A stretch of 40,472 nucleotides of DNA, from positions 1 through 40,472 of the IMG/VR virus record IMGVR_UViG_3300020044_003857, one strand, 5' to 3'. The DNA is from a virus. Its lineage: Duplodnaviria > Caudoviricetes. A program made the translations under genes and the position numbers. Below are positions 1-7,532 of this stretch, in pieces. The notes under the pieces are model-generated. The model saw only the letters and a program-made list of their open reading frames with translations, was not told the DNA's origin and did no database searches. Every line of letters begins with the position of its first letter. The stretch's first letter is position 1.

Positions 1-1
1 T

Positions 2-217
2 ATGAAGCTCGACTCGAAACACTGGTTAAATTGGAAGGGAACCCGCGAGGGCAACCAACTTATCTTCGCTCGACCATGGACCCCGGCGGTGCAAGCCACC
101 GACCCCAACTACCTGCGCCGCAGGTTCCAAGAGATCCGCGAGGACCAAGCATGGGCCGCTGCCATGGAACGGCAGTGCAACTATCAACTGTTCTATGAGG
201 ACGAGACTGGAATCTGA
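2..217 (+). CDS. Hypothetical phage protein (possibly 5'-truncated)
   Basis: 71-aa ORF on the strand of the early cluster, ending just before the conserved intergenic repeat at 237. Confidence 0.5.
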   Translation: MKLDSKHWLNWKGTREGNQLIFARPWTPAVQATDPNYLRRRFQEIREDQAWAAAMERQCNYQLFYEDETGI

Positions 218-236
218 ATTTGTACCCGGTAAACTC

Positions 237-269
237 TACTAAACCATCCTTTATTTATTAACTAATTAA
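237..269. repeat. 33-bp direct repeat copy 1, ending in TTAACTAATTAA (258-269)
   Basis: tactaaaccatcctttatttattaactaattaa matches 554-586 at 32/33 nt. Confidence 0.95.
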
Positions 270-279
270 CTTTTTCAAC

Positions 280-287
280 GGAGCTAC
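280..287 (+). promoter_or_regulatory. Extended RBS GGAGCTAC (copy 1 of 5)
   Basis: GGAGCTAC-AT-ATG(290); identical 8-mer precedes starts at 639, 1712, 3050 and 4407. Confidence 0.9.
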
Positions 288-289
288 AT

Positions 290-559
290 ATGAAGATTGT
301 GATTAACCGCTGCTACGGTGCCTATATGCTTAGCCCACGCGCCACTGCCCTGTTCCAGCGGATTGAGAAGTGCGAGCCATGCGAAGCGGGTCGTGACAAC
401 CCCACTCTCGTCAAGATCGTCGAGAAGCTGGGCGAAGCGGCTGGGGATGGCCCCGGTACGAATCTCAAGGTAGTGGAAGTGCCCGACGGGGTGGATTGGT
501 ACATCCAAGAAGATGATGGGATGGAGCGTGTAGCTGAACGCCACCGCTTTTGGTACTAA
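290..559 (+). CDS. Conserved small phage protein of unknown function
   Basis: 89 aa, good RBS; MKIVINRCYG...RDNPTLVKIVEKLG...VVEVPDGVDWYIQEDDG pattern resembles a common phage hypothetical family. Confidence 0.85.
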   Translation: MKIVINRCYGAYMLSPRATALFQRIEKCEPCEAGRDNPTLVKIVEKLGEAAGDGPGTNLKVVEVPDGVDWYIQEDDGMERVAERHRFWY

Positions 560-586
560 ACCATCCTTTATTTATTAACTAGTTAA
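554..586. repeat. 33-bp direct repeat copy 2, ending in perfect palindrome TTAACTAGTTAA (575-586)
   Basis: Direct comparison with 237-269. Confidence 0.95.
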
Positions 587-627
587 TCTTTGTTTCTGTT
601 CTTACCAACAACCAACGGATCTTTTTA

Positions 628-635
628 GGAGCTAC
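628..635 (+). promoter_or_regulatory. Extended RBS GGAGCTAC (copy 2)
   Basis: GGAGCTAC-ACC-ATG(639). Confidence 0.9.
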
Positions 636-638
636 ACC

Positions 639-1604
639 ATGAACGCTATCAACAACGCCAGCAACTTCGCACCCGCCATGACCCCCGAGCGTGTGTCGGA
701 GATCGTTAACCGGATCGCGGGCAATTACGTAATCTTTACCTTCAGCCTCAATGGCTGGGGCGGCACTAAGCAGGACAAGCGTGTGACTCAGGAGACTATC
801 GCCCGTGAGGGCGTGGGTCAGTCGGCTGGTAGCTTTGTTAAGAACTTGCTGGGTGAGTTGTCCCCCGGCATGAAAGAGATTGGCAACAAGACGATGGCTG
901 CTAAGAAGGCCATTGAGTTGAACCGCATTGGCATCCGTAACAAGATCGAGGCTACCCTGCCTCCGGGTGGCGGTGGCTGGAAACTGCGGATGGTTCAGGT
1001 AGAGGAATTTATGAAGGATGTGTGGCGTCCGTTCCTTGCCCGCGATGCGGAACTGGTGGATCAGCTAGTCGCTATCTATCCTGACTTCCTTTCAGCTTAT
1101 GCCTTTACCAACGAGACTGGATTGTTTAAGCGGGAGGACTATCCGACCGTCAACGAGCTTCGGTCCCGGTATCGTGTGAGATACAACATGACCCCCATGC
1201 AGAAGATGACTAGCGTGGATGCAATCTCCGAGCGTGAGGTTGGCAGATTGGTCGCAGATACGATGCTCGCTGAGATGAACGAGCAGATTAAAGAGTCTAT
1301 GCAGTTTGCATGGGACAAGCTTTATGCCTCGCTGGATTGGGCTGCTAAAGCTACGGTCGAGAAGGGTGAGGGTGAGCGCGCCCCGTCTGTACACACAACG
1401 TCCGTACAAAAGATCCTGTCCCTTGTGGACGATCTGAAGCATCTGAATATCGCGGACGATCAGAACATGGAGCTTGCCCGTGTTCAGCTTGAGGAGATGC
1501 TTAAGGGTAAGAGCGTGGACTCCCTCAAAGAGTCCATCAAGAACGATCCCCTTGCCCGTGAGGAGATCCGTGAGCGTGTGTCCCGCATCCGTGGGATGTT
1601 GTAA
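639..1604 (+). CDS. DUF3150-like phage protein
   Basis: 321 aa helical protein; FKREDYPTVNELRSRY motif and position beside an AAA/vWA pair are typical of DUF3150-like proteins. Confidence 0.6.
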   Translation: MNAINNASNFAPAMTPERVSEIVNRIAGNYVIFTFSLNGWGGTKQDKRVTQETIAREGVGQSAGSFVKNLLGELSPGMKEIGNKTMAAKKAIELNRIGIRNKIEATLPPGGGGWKLRMVQVEEFMKDVWRPFLARDAELVDQLVAIYPDFLSAYAFTNETGLFKREDYPTVNELRSRYRVRYNMTPMQKMTSVDAISEREVGRLVADTMLAEMNEQIKESMQFAWDKLYASLDWAAKATVEKGEGERAPSVHTTSVQKILSLVDDLKHLNIADDQNMELARVQLEEMLKGKSVDSLKESIKNDPLAREEIRERVSRIRGML

Positions 1605-1626
1605 GTAGTAGTTAGCAGTGGATCAT

Positions 1627-1656
1627 CTGGCTCACATAAGTGGGCCAGCTTTGTTT
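1627..1656 (+). terminator. Putative intrinsic terminator
   Basis: ctggctcac-ataa-gtgggccag hairpin followed by ctttgttt. Confidence 0.6.
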
Positions 1657-1666
1657 AACTAGTTAA
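1655..1666. promoter_or_regulatory. Palindrome TTAACTAGTTAA (operator-like / six-frame stop)
   Basis: Same 12-mer family at 258, 575, 2855, 4359 and 5888. Confidence 0.8.
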
Positions 1667-1697
1667 TCTTTCTTCTTTTATTTAACCGTTATTATCT

Positions 1698-1708
1698 GGA
1701 GCTACTAA
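1698..1708 (+). promoter_or_regulatory. Extended RBS GGAGCTACTAA (copy 3)
   Basis: Upstream of ATG 1712; 11/11 complementary to 12807-12817. Confidence 0.9.
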
Positions 1709-1711
1709 ATC

Positions 1712-2839
1712 ATGGCCGCTATCAATACCAACTTCGCCCGTGCCCCCCGTGTAACGCTGCGTAGCGCAGCAAAGATGATCGCCCGCTTCGGCACCAAGAA
1801 AGCTTTCCTCCTGCGTGGTGAGCCGGGTATCGGCAAGTCCAGCATCATGGCCGCGCTCAAGGAAACCTTGGGTGACAAGTATGACTTTATCTACATTGAT
1901 TGTCCGACCATGGATGTGCCCGACGTTGGCATGGCTATGCCGGACAAGGAGTCCAAGCAGCTTGAGTTCTTTGTCAATTCCCTGTTCCGCCTGATCGGTG
2001 AAGGTTCGAAGCGTCCTAAAATCATCATGCTCGATGAGTTGGGCAAGTGCATGGGTCCGGTATTGCTGGCGTTTACCCGTCTTATTCTTGAGAAGATCCT
2101 GTGCGGCATCCCCCTGCCCGAGGGTTCGATTGTGTTTGCCACTAGCAACAATGCAGCGGATGGGGTGGGTGATAACTTTGCCGCTCACCTTATCAACCGT
2201 CTGATCCCCATTGATATTAAGAAAGACTTTGACGGATGGGTTGACTGGGCGTTCAACAACAACATCCACCCCGACGTTATCAACTGGACTGAGAAGTTCT
2301 CGGGCGTGTTCAAATCCTACGTGGACTACGAGGGTGTCGATGAGAAGGATCTCAAGGGTGACGACGCGCTGACTTACTCCATGATATTCAACCCCAACAA
2401 ACCCGGCGAGCCGTTCGTGTCCCCTCGCTCGCTTGAAGCGGCTAGCCATATCGCTTACTACCGCAAGGAGTTTATTAAAGACGAGCAACTGGCGATGTTT
2501 GCCGGGGCTTGCGGTATGTCGGCAGCTATGTCGATGTTGTCTTTCTTCGACACTCTCAAAGACTTGGTTCTCTTTGAGTCCATTGTCAAAGATCCTCTCA
2601 ATGCGCCCGTTGCCGATACTGGCGTGGGTCCGATGTTGACGCTCAACAATTGCGTTTCAAGAATCAGTACGTTGCGTGAGCTTGATGCTTGTGTGACGTA
2701 TACGCTTCGGTTCAAGCGTAAGGATTTGCAGATGTCGTTCTTCCGCAAAGTGTGTAAGGCCAAGCATCTTGAGAAGTTTGTCAACGGCCAGCCTGAATGT
2801 GTGACTTGGATGGCACAAAACGGCGACGCACTGCTGTAA
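1712..2839 (+). CDS. MoxR-like AAA+ ATPase
   Basis: Walker A GEPGIGKS, Walker B IIMLDE, sensor ATSN, LINR arginine finger, SPRSLE. Confidence 0.9.
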   Translation: MAAINTNFARAPRVTLRSAAKMIARFGTKKAFLLRGEPGIGKSSIMAALKETLGDKYDFIYIDCPTMDVPDVGMAMPDKESKQLEFFVNSLFRLIGEGSKRPKIIMLDELGKCMGPVLLAFTRLILEKILCGIPLPEGSIVFATSNNAADGVGDNFAAHLINRLIPIDIKKDFDGWVDWAFNNNIHPDVINWTEKFSGVFKSYVDYEGVDEKDLKGDDALTYSMIFNPNKPGEPFVSPRSLEAASHIAYYRKEFIKDEQLAMFAGACGMSAAMSMLSFFDTLKDLVLFESIVKDPLNAPVADTGVGPMLTLNNCVSRISTLRELDACVTYTLRFKRKDLQMSFFRKVCKAKHLEKFVNGQPECVTWMAQNGDALL

Positions 2840-2854
2840 GTTCATCAGTTTTTA

Positions 2855-2866
2855 TTAACTAATTAA
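2855..2866. promoter_or_regulatory. Palindrome-like TTAACTAATTAA
   Basis: Repeat of the early-region 12-mer. Confidence 0.8.
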
Positions 2867-2870
2867 CCAA

Positions 2871-3025
2871 GGCCACCGTGGTTTAACGGGGCCAATCGCA
2901 GACTCGATTACGCGAAGCCTCCTCTATGGGCTTCCTGTATTCCTCGGGGGTGTCCCTTCGGGTCGATGCGGTCGGGTAGGGTGGGGGCTGTCCTCACCCT
3001 ATTCGTTATTTTTATTTTTGTTTTT
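2871..3025 (+). ncRNA. Putative structured small RNA or leader (RNA-1)
   Basis: Consecutive hairpins at 2871-2893, 2894-2909, 2914-2934 (carries CCTCCT) and a cUUCGg hairpin at ~2954-2962, ending in a strong terminator. Confidence 0.6.
2973..3025 (+). terminator. Intrinsic terminator
   Basis: 14-bp stem cgggtagggtgggg/cctcaccctattcg followed by a long T-rich tract. Confidence 0.8.
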
Positions 3026-3037
3026 AACTTAATCTTT

Positions 3038-3045
3038 GGAGCTAC
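3038..3045 (+). promoter_or_regulatory. Extended RBS GGAGCTAC (copy 4)
   Basis: GGAGCTAC-TGTC-ATG(3050); defines the true start of the vWA gene. Confidence 0.9.
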
Positions 3046-3049
3046 TGTC

Positions 3050-4366
3050 ATGACCCCTATCGACGAATACAAGTTCACCCCTTACTCCAACTACGATGAG
3101 TTGGATGCAGCCACCCGCATCTCTCGGGCTATCTCGCAGATCATGAACCACCCTTCGTTCTGCCTTGTCTACTTAGTCTTGCAGATCGGCAAGCTGATGA
3201 TGGTCGCGCTGGGGCACAAGGTTAAGACCGCTGCCACTAACGGGCGGGATATGTTGTTCAACGAGGTGTTCGTCGCAACGCTTGATGAGTATGAGGTTAA
3301 CTTCCTTGTGCTGCATGAGGCTGGGCACATCCTCTTCACACATCTGTCAGGCTACAAATACCTGCGCAAGATCGACCCCGTGCGGGCCAACAAAGCCATG
3401 GACTATGTAGTAAATGGCTGGATCATCGACACCGATCCGACCGGTGCCTTTGCCCGTATGCCCAAGGGCGGACTGTATAACCCCGACTACAGCAACCTGT
3501 CTGCTAAAGAAATCTTTGACTTACTTAGTGAAGAGGCGGGCGATGAGGGTGAAGACGGCGAGCCGTGTGATGACGGTGAGTCCAGTGAGTCCGGTGATGG
3601 TCAGCCCGGTGATGGTCAGCCCGAGGCTGGAAACGGTTCCGGTCAGCCCGACGATGGCGCGGGACTGGATTCACATGATTGGGACGGTGCCGAGTCCATG
3701 ACCCCGGAGGAACAGTCTGCGCTGGCTGATGCTGTGGATCATGCGATCCGTGAGGGTTCGTTATTAGTAGGCAAGGCCAAGGGTAATGTTAACCGTAACG
3801 TTACCGCCGCTCTTATCCCCAAGGTGGACTGGCGTGAGGTTCTGCGTGAGTTCATTACGTCATGCACCAAGGGCAAGGACACATATACGTGGCGTCAGTT
3901 CAATCGTCGCTATGTCATGCAGGATGTTTACCTGCCCACTAGCATTGCACACCGTCCGAAAGAGATTGTTATTGCACAGGACGTATCGGGTTCGATGAGC
4001 GACGACGATCAAGCCGTATGTTTAGCTGAGACTATAAAGATCGCTGAGTCTGTCAAACCTGAAGTTATTCGCATCCTGTGGTGGGACGCTGATGTACAGA
4101 AGGAGCAGATCATCCGCTCCGATAAGTCAAGCACCATCTCCCATATCTCCATCCCCGGTGGTGGCGGTACCCGTATGGGCTGCGTGTCTGACTACATGAT
4201 TGCCAACAAGCTCAAGCCCGATTGCTTGGTGGTGTTCTCGGATGGTGCGGTCGAGTCCCCGGTTAAGTGGAACGTATCCGTGCCGTCTATTTTTGTGATC
4301 GGTGGTGGGTACTGCAATAAGAAGTTCAAAGCACCGGCTGGTAAAGGCCGCGTTATCTTTAACTAA
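3050..4366 (+). CDS. DUF2201-type metallopeptidase + vWA domain protein
   Basis: TAATNG motif, HExxH (LHEAGH), acidic/Gly linker, MIDAS DVSGS, GGGGT, FSDG; start moved from 2966 to ATG 3050 on RBS evidence. Confidence 0.9.
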   Translation: MTPIDEYKFTPYSNYDELDAATRISRAISQIMNHPSFCLVYLVLQIGKLMMVALGHKVKTAATNGRDMLFNEVFVATLDEYEVNFLVLHEAGHILFTHLSGYKYLRKIDPVRANKAMDYVVNGWIIDTDPTGAFARMPKGGLYNPDYSNLSAKEIFDLLSEEAGDEGEDGEPCDDGESSESGDGQPGDGQPEAGNGSGQPDDGAGLDSHDWDGAESMTPEEQSALADAVDHAIREGSLLVGKAKGNVNRNVTAALIPKVDWREVLREFITSCTKGKDTYTWRQFNRRYVMQDVYLPTSIAHRPKEIVIAQDVSGSMSDDDQAVCLAETIKIAESVKPEVIRILWWDADVQKEQIIRSDKSSTISHISIPGGGGTRMGCVSDYMIANKLKPDCLVVFSDGAVESPVKWNVSVPSIFVIGGGYCNKKFKAPAGKGRVIFN

Positions 4367-4370
4367 TTAA
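4359..4370. promoter_or_regulatory. TTAACTAATTAA, supplying the stop codon of the vWA gene
   Basis: TAA 4364-4366 lies within the 12-mer. Confidence 0.8.
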
Positions 4371-4374
4371 CAAC

Positions 4375-4388
4375 GGGGCTTCGGCCCC
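4375..4388 (+). promoter_or_regulatory. cUUCGg hairpin (weak terminator or mRNA stabiliser)
   Basis: ggggc-ttcg-gcccc with no U tract. Confidence 0.5.
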
Positions 4389-4395
4389 TAACCTT

Positions 4396-4403
4396 GGAGC
4401 TAC
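4396..4403 (+). promoter_or_regulatory. Extended RBS GGAGCTAC (copy 5)
   Basis: GGAGCTAC-ATC-ATG(4407). Confidence 0.9.
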
Positions 4404-4406
4404 ATC

Positions 4407-5564
4407 ATGGCTATTACTAAAGCATCGGAAGTTATTCAGCGTCTTAACGACTACTCGCAGATGGTGAGGGATAAGGTGGATGGACACATAGTAATCCCCG
4501 AGTTGCATAGATCCGTCACTACCTTCAGTTCGTTCTCTGACAATCACATGGTTACGCAGTGCCGCAACGCTATGGTCGCGCTGTGGTCTAAGTACGGAAT
4601 GGAGCCTATGGGGGCTTCGGAGGGGGTTGTCGAGTCCAATAATGGCGGGTATGTGTTCGGCAAGGATGGCAAGACCATGGGCGTGGTCTTCCACTATGAG
4701 TCTAGGTCGGGCAAGGAGATCCGCCCCTACATTTGTATCTCAACACCGTTCATTGACAAAGAACGTAAGCCTACTGACTTGTTTAGAAGTAATACCGTCG
4801 AAGGGCTTATGTCTATTCTCAAGTGTGACAACGGTAGCTGGCTGGGTCATGGCATGGACCAATTCGCATCGAAGGCCGCTACGCAAGCTGTCTATAGTAT
4901 TCAGAACAAGATAAGCGTGGGCAGTATGGAGTTTAGTTTTAGCGCCCTCGACAGTGATAAAGCAATCGACCTTGTTAATTTGTTTACGGATTTGGAAGAG
5001 GGTAAATCCTTCTCACCTACCGATAAACTTTCCGCGTGGGTTACCGACACTAGGGAGCGCGCTGCTACGGTCATTAGTAATCGGCGTGAACACTCAATTA
5101 CGATGGGCAACTTTATGAAAGGATCTTTGGTTATCTCGGAGATCCCCTACGTGTGTGAGCATAAGTATCTTGTTCAGGATATAAGCATCGCGGGCAAACC
5201 TGATCTTATGGCGTCGGGGATAAACAAGACTTTCCGTATTAACGAGATCAAGGAACTGGTAACCGAGTACCCGTATGTATTCGGTGTACACAATTTGATT
5301 CGGGCTAAAGGTACTTCATCCAACGAAGGTTTGTTTAGCGGTGATTATTCGTGGGTTCCAACTTATGTCATGGAGAACAATCTAATCCGCATGAAACTTC
5401 ACAACCTTCCGCATATGTTCTATCCCGGTCGGCAGAATTGCGCCCGGAGCATTGTCATCCCCAAGACCCTCCAAACAAGCCATGAGAAAGAGGAGGCGCG
5501 TTCTGATGAGAGCCTTGCTCCGAGTGTGGTAGCTGTGGCCCGCACTAAGTCCGAATTCTTTTGA
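4407..5564 (+). CDS. Hypothetical protein (385 aa)
   Basis: Long ORF with the conserved RBS; no recognised motif. Confidence 0.85.
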   Translation: MAITKASEVIQRLNDYSQMVRDKVDGHIVIPELHRSVTTFSSFSDNHMVTQCRNAMVALWSKYGMEPMGASEGVVESNNGGYVFGKDGKTMGVVFHYESRSGKEIRPYICISTPFIDKERKPTDLFRSNTVEGLMSILKCDNGSWLGHGMDQFASKAATQAVYSIQNKISVGSMEFSFSALDSDKAIDLVNLFTDLEEGKSFSPTDKLSAWVTDTRERAATVISNRREHSITMGNFMKGSLVISEIPYVCEHKYLVQDISIAGKPDLMASGINKTFRINEIKELVTEYPYVFGVHNLIRAKGTSSNEGLFSGDYSWVPTYVMENNLIRMKLHNLPHMFYPGRQNCARSIVIPKTLQTSHEKEEARSDESLAPSVVAVARTKSEFF

Positions 5565-5573
5565 GGAATAGTT

Positions 5574-5891
5574 TTGGAAATCCCATACGCTTCACACATA
5601 CAGATAAAGCTACTGGGTGGGAGCAATGCTTCCATCCGGTTCAACGGCGCACCTAACTTAGTTCGCCGTCCTTTAACAATTGAAACAAAGCTGTCTACCC
5701 TTCCTGTAAATGTGCATGGTAGACTCAACATCCTTCGGCTCAAACAAGACTTCTCCCACACGGAGGGTCTTGGCTACAAGGATGGAATCGGTTTGTATTT
5801 ACTTTACGTTTCACCTGAGGAGCTAAGAGAACTAAGAGAAATCTACGTAGATAAAAGATTTTGGATCAAAGAACCTAAAGTAACTTCTTAA
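5574..5891 (+). CDS. Hypothetical protein
   Basis: TTG start after GAGGA; fills the gap; stop lies inside the inverted 12-mer. Confidence 0.7.
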   Translation: MEIPYASHIQIKLLGGSNASIRFNGAPNLVRRPLTIETKLSTLPVNVHGRLNILRLKQDFSHTEGLGYKDGIGLYLLYVSPEELRELREIYVDKRFWIKEPKVTS

Positions 5892-5899
5892 TTAGTTAA
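5888..5899. promoter_or_regulatory. TTAATTAGTTAA (inverted copy of the early 12-mer)
   Basis: Reverse complement of TTAACTAATTAA; supplies TAA 5889-5891. Confidence 0.75.
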
Positions 5900-5908
5900 G
5901 GAATAGTA

Positions 5909-6250
5909 ATGAACGCGCAAGCTGCGACAGTCACATCAACGAACGAGATCAACGAAATGGTACAGACGCTCAAGGTTGTAAAGGCCACTGCCAAACCCAA
6001 GAAGACAACCAAGGCTAAGGCCAAGTCCAAGACCACCTACAAGCCGCGCACCAAACGGTCATCCGTGCCACGCACTGCCCGTGCCTACATGAAGACACTG
6101 GGCCATACGTTCGACAAAGAGAGCGTAGCGGTTACTGAGCTTATTAAGTTGCACAGTGAATCTAAGAAGCCCGAATCGCAAAAGCCGGCTATTGCGATTA
6201 CGCCCGTCGAAGAACCCAAGTCCCTGTGGCAGCGGCTGTTCGGCAAATGA
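5909..6250 (+). CDS. Basic Lys-rich hypothetical protein
   Basis: AAGGA RBS; K/T/A-rich tract; C-terminal SLWQRLFGK amphipathic helix. Confidence 0.75.
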   Translation: MNAQAATVTSTNEINEMVQTLKVVKATAKPKKTTKAKAKSKTTYKPRTKRSSVPRTARAYMKTLGHTFDKESVAVTELIKLHSESKKPESQKPAIAITPVEEPKSLWQRLFGK

Positions 6251-6456
6251 AGAATCCCGTTGCTGGCATGTGGGTCACGCACTACGGTCGGCACGGGGTC
6301 ATCGAGACAATAGGGGTTGCGGGCTACGCGTTGGTCCGCTTCCCATCGTCCGATGGGTTTCCGTTCCCTTCACAGGAAGTTGTGCGGGTCAATGAACTAA
6401 AGAAGTACAAGAAGAAAGGCGTGGATACCTCAGACCATGAACCCGCGCCGTTCTAA
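6247..6456 (+). CDS. Hypothetical protein (small beta-rich, SH3-like pattern)
   Basis: ATGA overlap with the upstream stop; GMWVTHYGRHGVI pattern. Confidence 0.7.
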   Translation: MKNPVAGMWVTHYGRHGVIETIGVAGYALVRFPSSDGFPFPSQEVVRVNELKKYKKKGVDTSDHEPAPF

Positions 6457-6661
6457 CTTAGACCCAACCAAGATCCTGATCCTACGTGTACTAGAAAAGA
6501 ATGGCACACAGACAGTTCAGCAAGTTAGTGATGAGGTCGGCGTCGGTTATACCGGCGTTGCCCGTGCGCTGCGTAATTTATGGGACCGTAAGTTGGTAAC
6601 CGTGACATACAAAATGGGTGGTAAATCTTACTGGAGGATAAGAGATGAACGACCAAAATAA
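6437..6661 (+). CDS. Winged-helix DNA-binding protein
   Basis: TVQQVSDEVGVGYTGVARALRNL...LV wHTH pattern. Confidence 0.7.
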   Translation: MNPRRSNLDPTKILILRVLEKNGTQTVQQVSDEVGVGYTGVARALRNLWDRKLVTVTYKMGGKSYWRIRDERPK

Positions 6662-6899
6662 AGCACTGCTAGACCGGCTGGAGGTTGTAACGCTGGGCCT
6701 TGATGAAGACTGCGGCGAGCCGGGTTGTCCTGACTGCAAGCCGTGGCGTCCGGTTTGGGACCTCATGAAAGACCTACGCACTGCAATTGACAAACCACCA
6801 GCGCAACTTACTCATGCCGAAGGTTGCTGGAGTTGGGGGCCTGCGCATTACGAATGCGCGTGTCGTGAGCTTGCCAAGGCTAAGGGGTGGGCGAAGTGA
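6645..6899 (+). CDS. Cys/His-rich hypothetical protein
   Basis: CGEPGCPDC and HAEGCWSWGPAHYECA motifs; coupled to neighbours. Confidence 0.7.
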   Translation: MNDQNKALLDRLEVVTLGLDEDCGEPGCPDCKPWRPVWDLMKDLRTAIDKPPAQLTHAEGCWSWGPAHYECACRELAKAKGWAK

Positions 6900-7099
6900 A
6901 CAGAGAAGAGATTATTAAGATAGCGAGGCAGTCAGGTGTGCTGTCGGGATATGAATCTGAGTTGTTTCAACGCTTCGCCAACCTTGTCGCCGCAGCCGAG
7001 CGTGAGGCGTGCGCGAAAGTTGCAGAGAAAATGCTGCGTCACTACACGCAGGCAGTGACCGGGGTGCCAGAAGCCATCCGCGCAAGGGGGGAGAAATGA
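6896..7099 (+). CDS. AEREACAK/AIRARG-family small protein, paralog 1
   Basis: GTG start overlapping the upstream TGA; 67 aa. Confidence 0.8.
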   Translation: MNREEIIKIARQSGVLSGYESELFQRFANLVAAAEREACAKVAEKMLRHYTQAVTGVPEAIRARGEK

Positions 7100-7299
7100 A
7101 AGACTGGATCATGGAAGTGTGCCCCGAGATTGCCGAGTGGCAGGCAGAGGTCATTGCCGTGCAGGTTCGCATCAGTGTAGAGGCCGAGCGTGAGGCGTGT
7201 GCGAAGGCTTGTGAGGATGAGATTAAACGGGTGAAGCCTATTTATTCTGTCACGGCAGAGAACGCGCTCAAAGCCATCCGCGCAAGGGGGGAGGAATGA
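7096..7299 (+). CDS. AEREACAK/AIRARG-family small protein, paralog 2
   Basis: ATGA overlap, GGAG RBS; 67 aa (MKDWIMEV...). Confidence 0.8.
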   Translation: MKDWIMEVCPEIAEWQAEVIAVQVRISVEAEREACAKACEDEIKRVKPIYSVTAENALKAIRARGEE

Positions 7300-7532
7300 A
7301 AGGGCCGGCAACTAAACCCCCCGTGTACACCGGCCCAGTCCTTTCACCCGAGGATCAGCACAAGATTCTTCAGAGTAACTATTACCGGATCACTCCCCTG
7401 TCCCATCATCTCGGGCACCCCATCCACCCCGTTTTCAAAGAGTGCAACCTGCGCGTGGACTTTGGGTTGGACGGTGGGATCTATAAAGTGGAGTGGAGTA
7501 ACGTACCTATTAAAGAGGAGAAGAAGAAATGA
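7296..7532 (+). CDS. Hypothetical protein
   Basis: ATGA overlap, GGAGG RBS. Confidence 0.7.
   Translation: MKGPATKPPVYTGPVLSPEDQHKILQSNYYRITPLSHHLGHPIHPVFKECNLRVDFGLDGGIYKVEWSNVPIKEEKKK

Noticed and set aside
575-586. Resemblance to the TrpR operator (ACTAGTTAACTAGT)
   Set aside because: Only one CTAG core is present and four of six copies lack it; a host TrpR site is not supported.
1682-2488. Long antisense ORFs (e.g. 1682-2488, 36748-37314, 25924-26325)
   Set aside because: Shadow frames of well-supported genes on the opposite strand, with no RBS or motifs.
2966-3049. Hydrophobic N-terminal extension of the vWA ORF in the ORF track
   Set aside because: It is the translation of a terminator hairpin and T tract; the conserved RBS points to ATG 3050.
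237-5899. Early repeats as a CRISPR array paired with the Cas4-like nuclease
   Set aside because: Spacing is irregular and gene-sized, there is no cas1/cas2, and solo Cas4-like nucleases are routine in phage replication modules.
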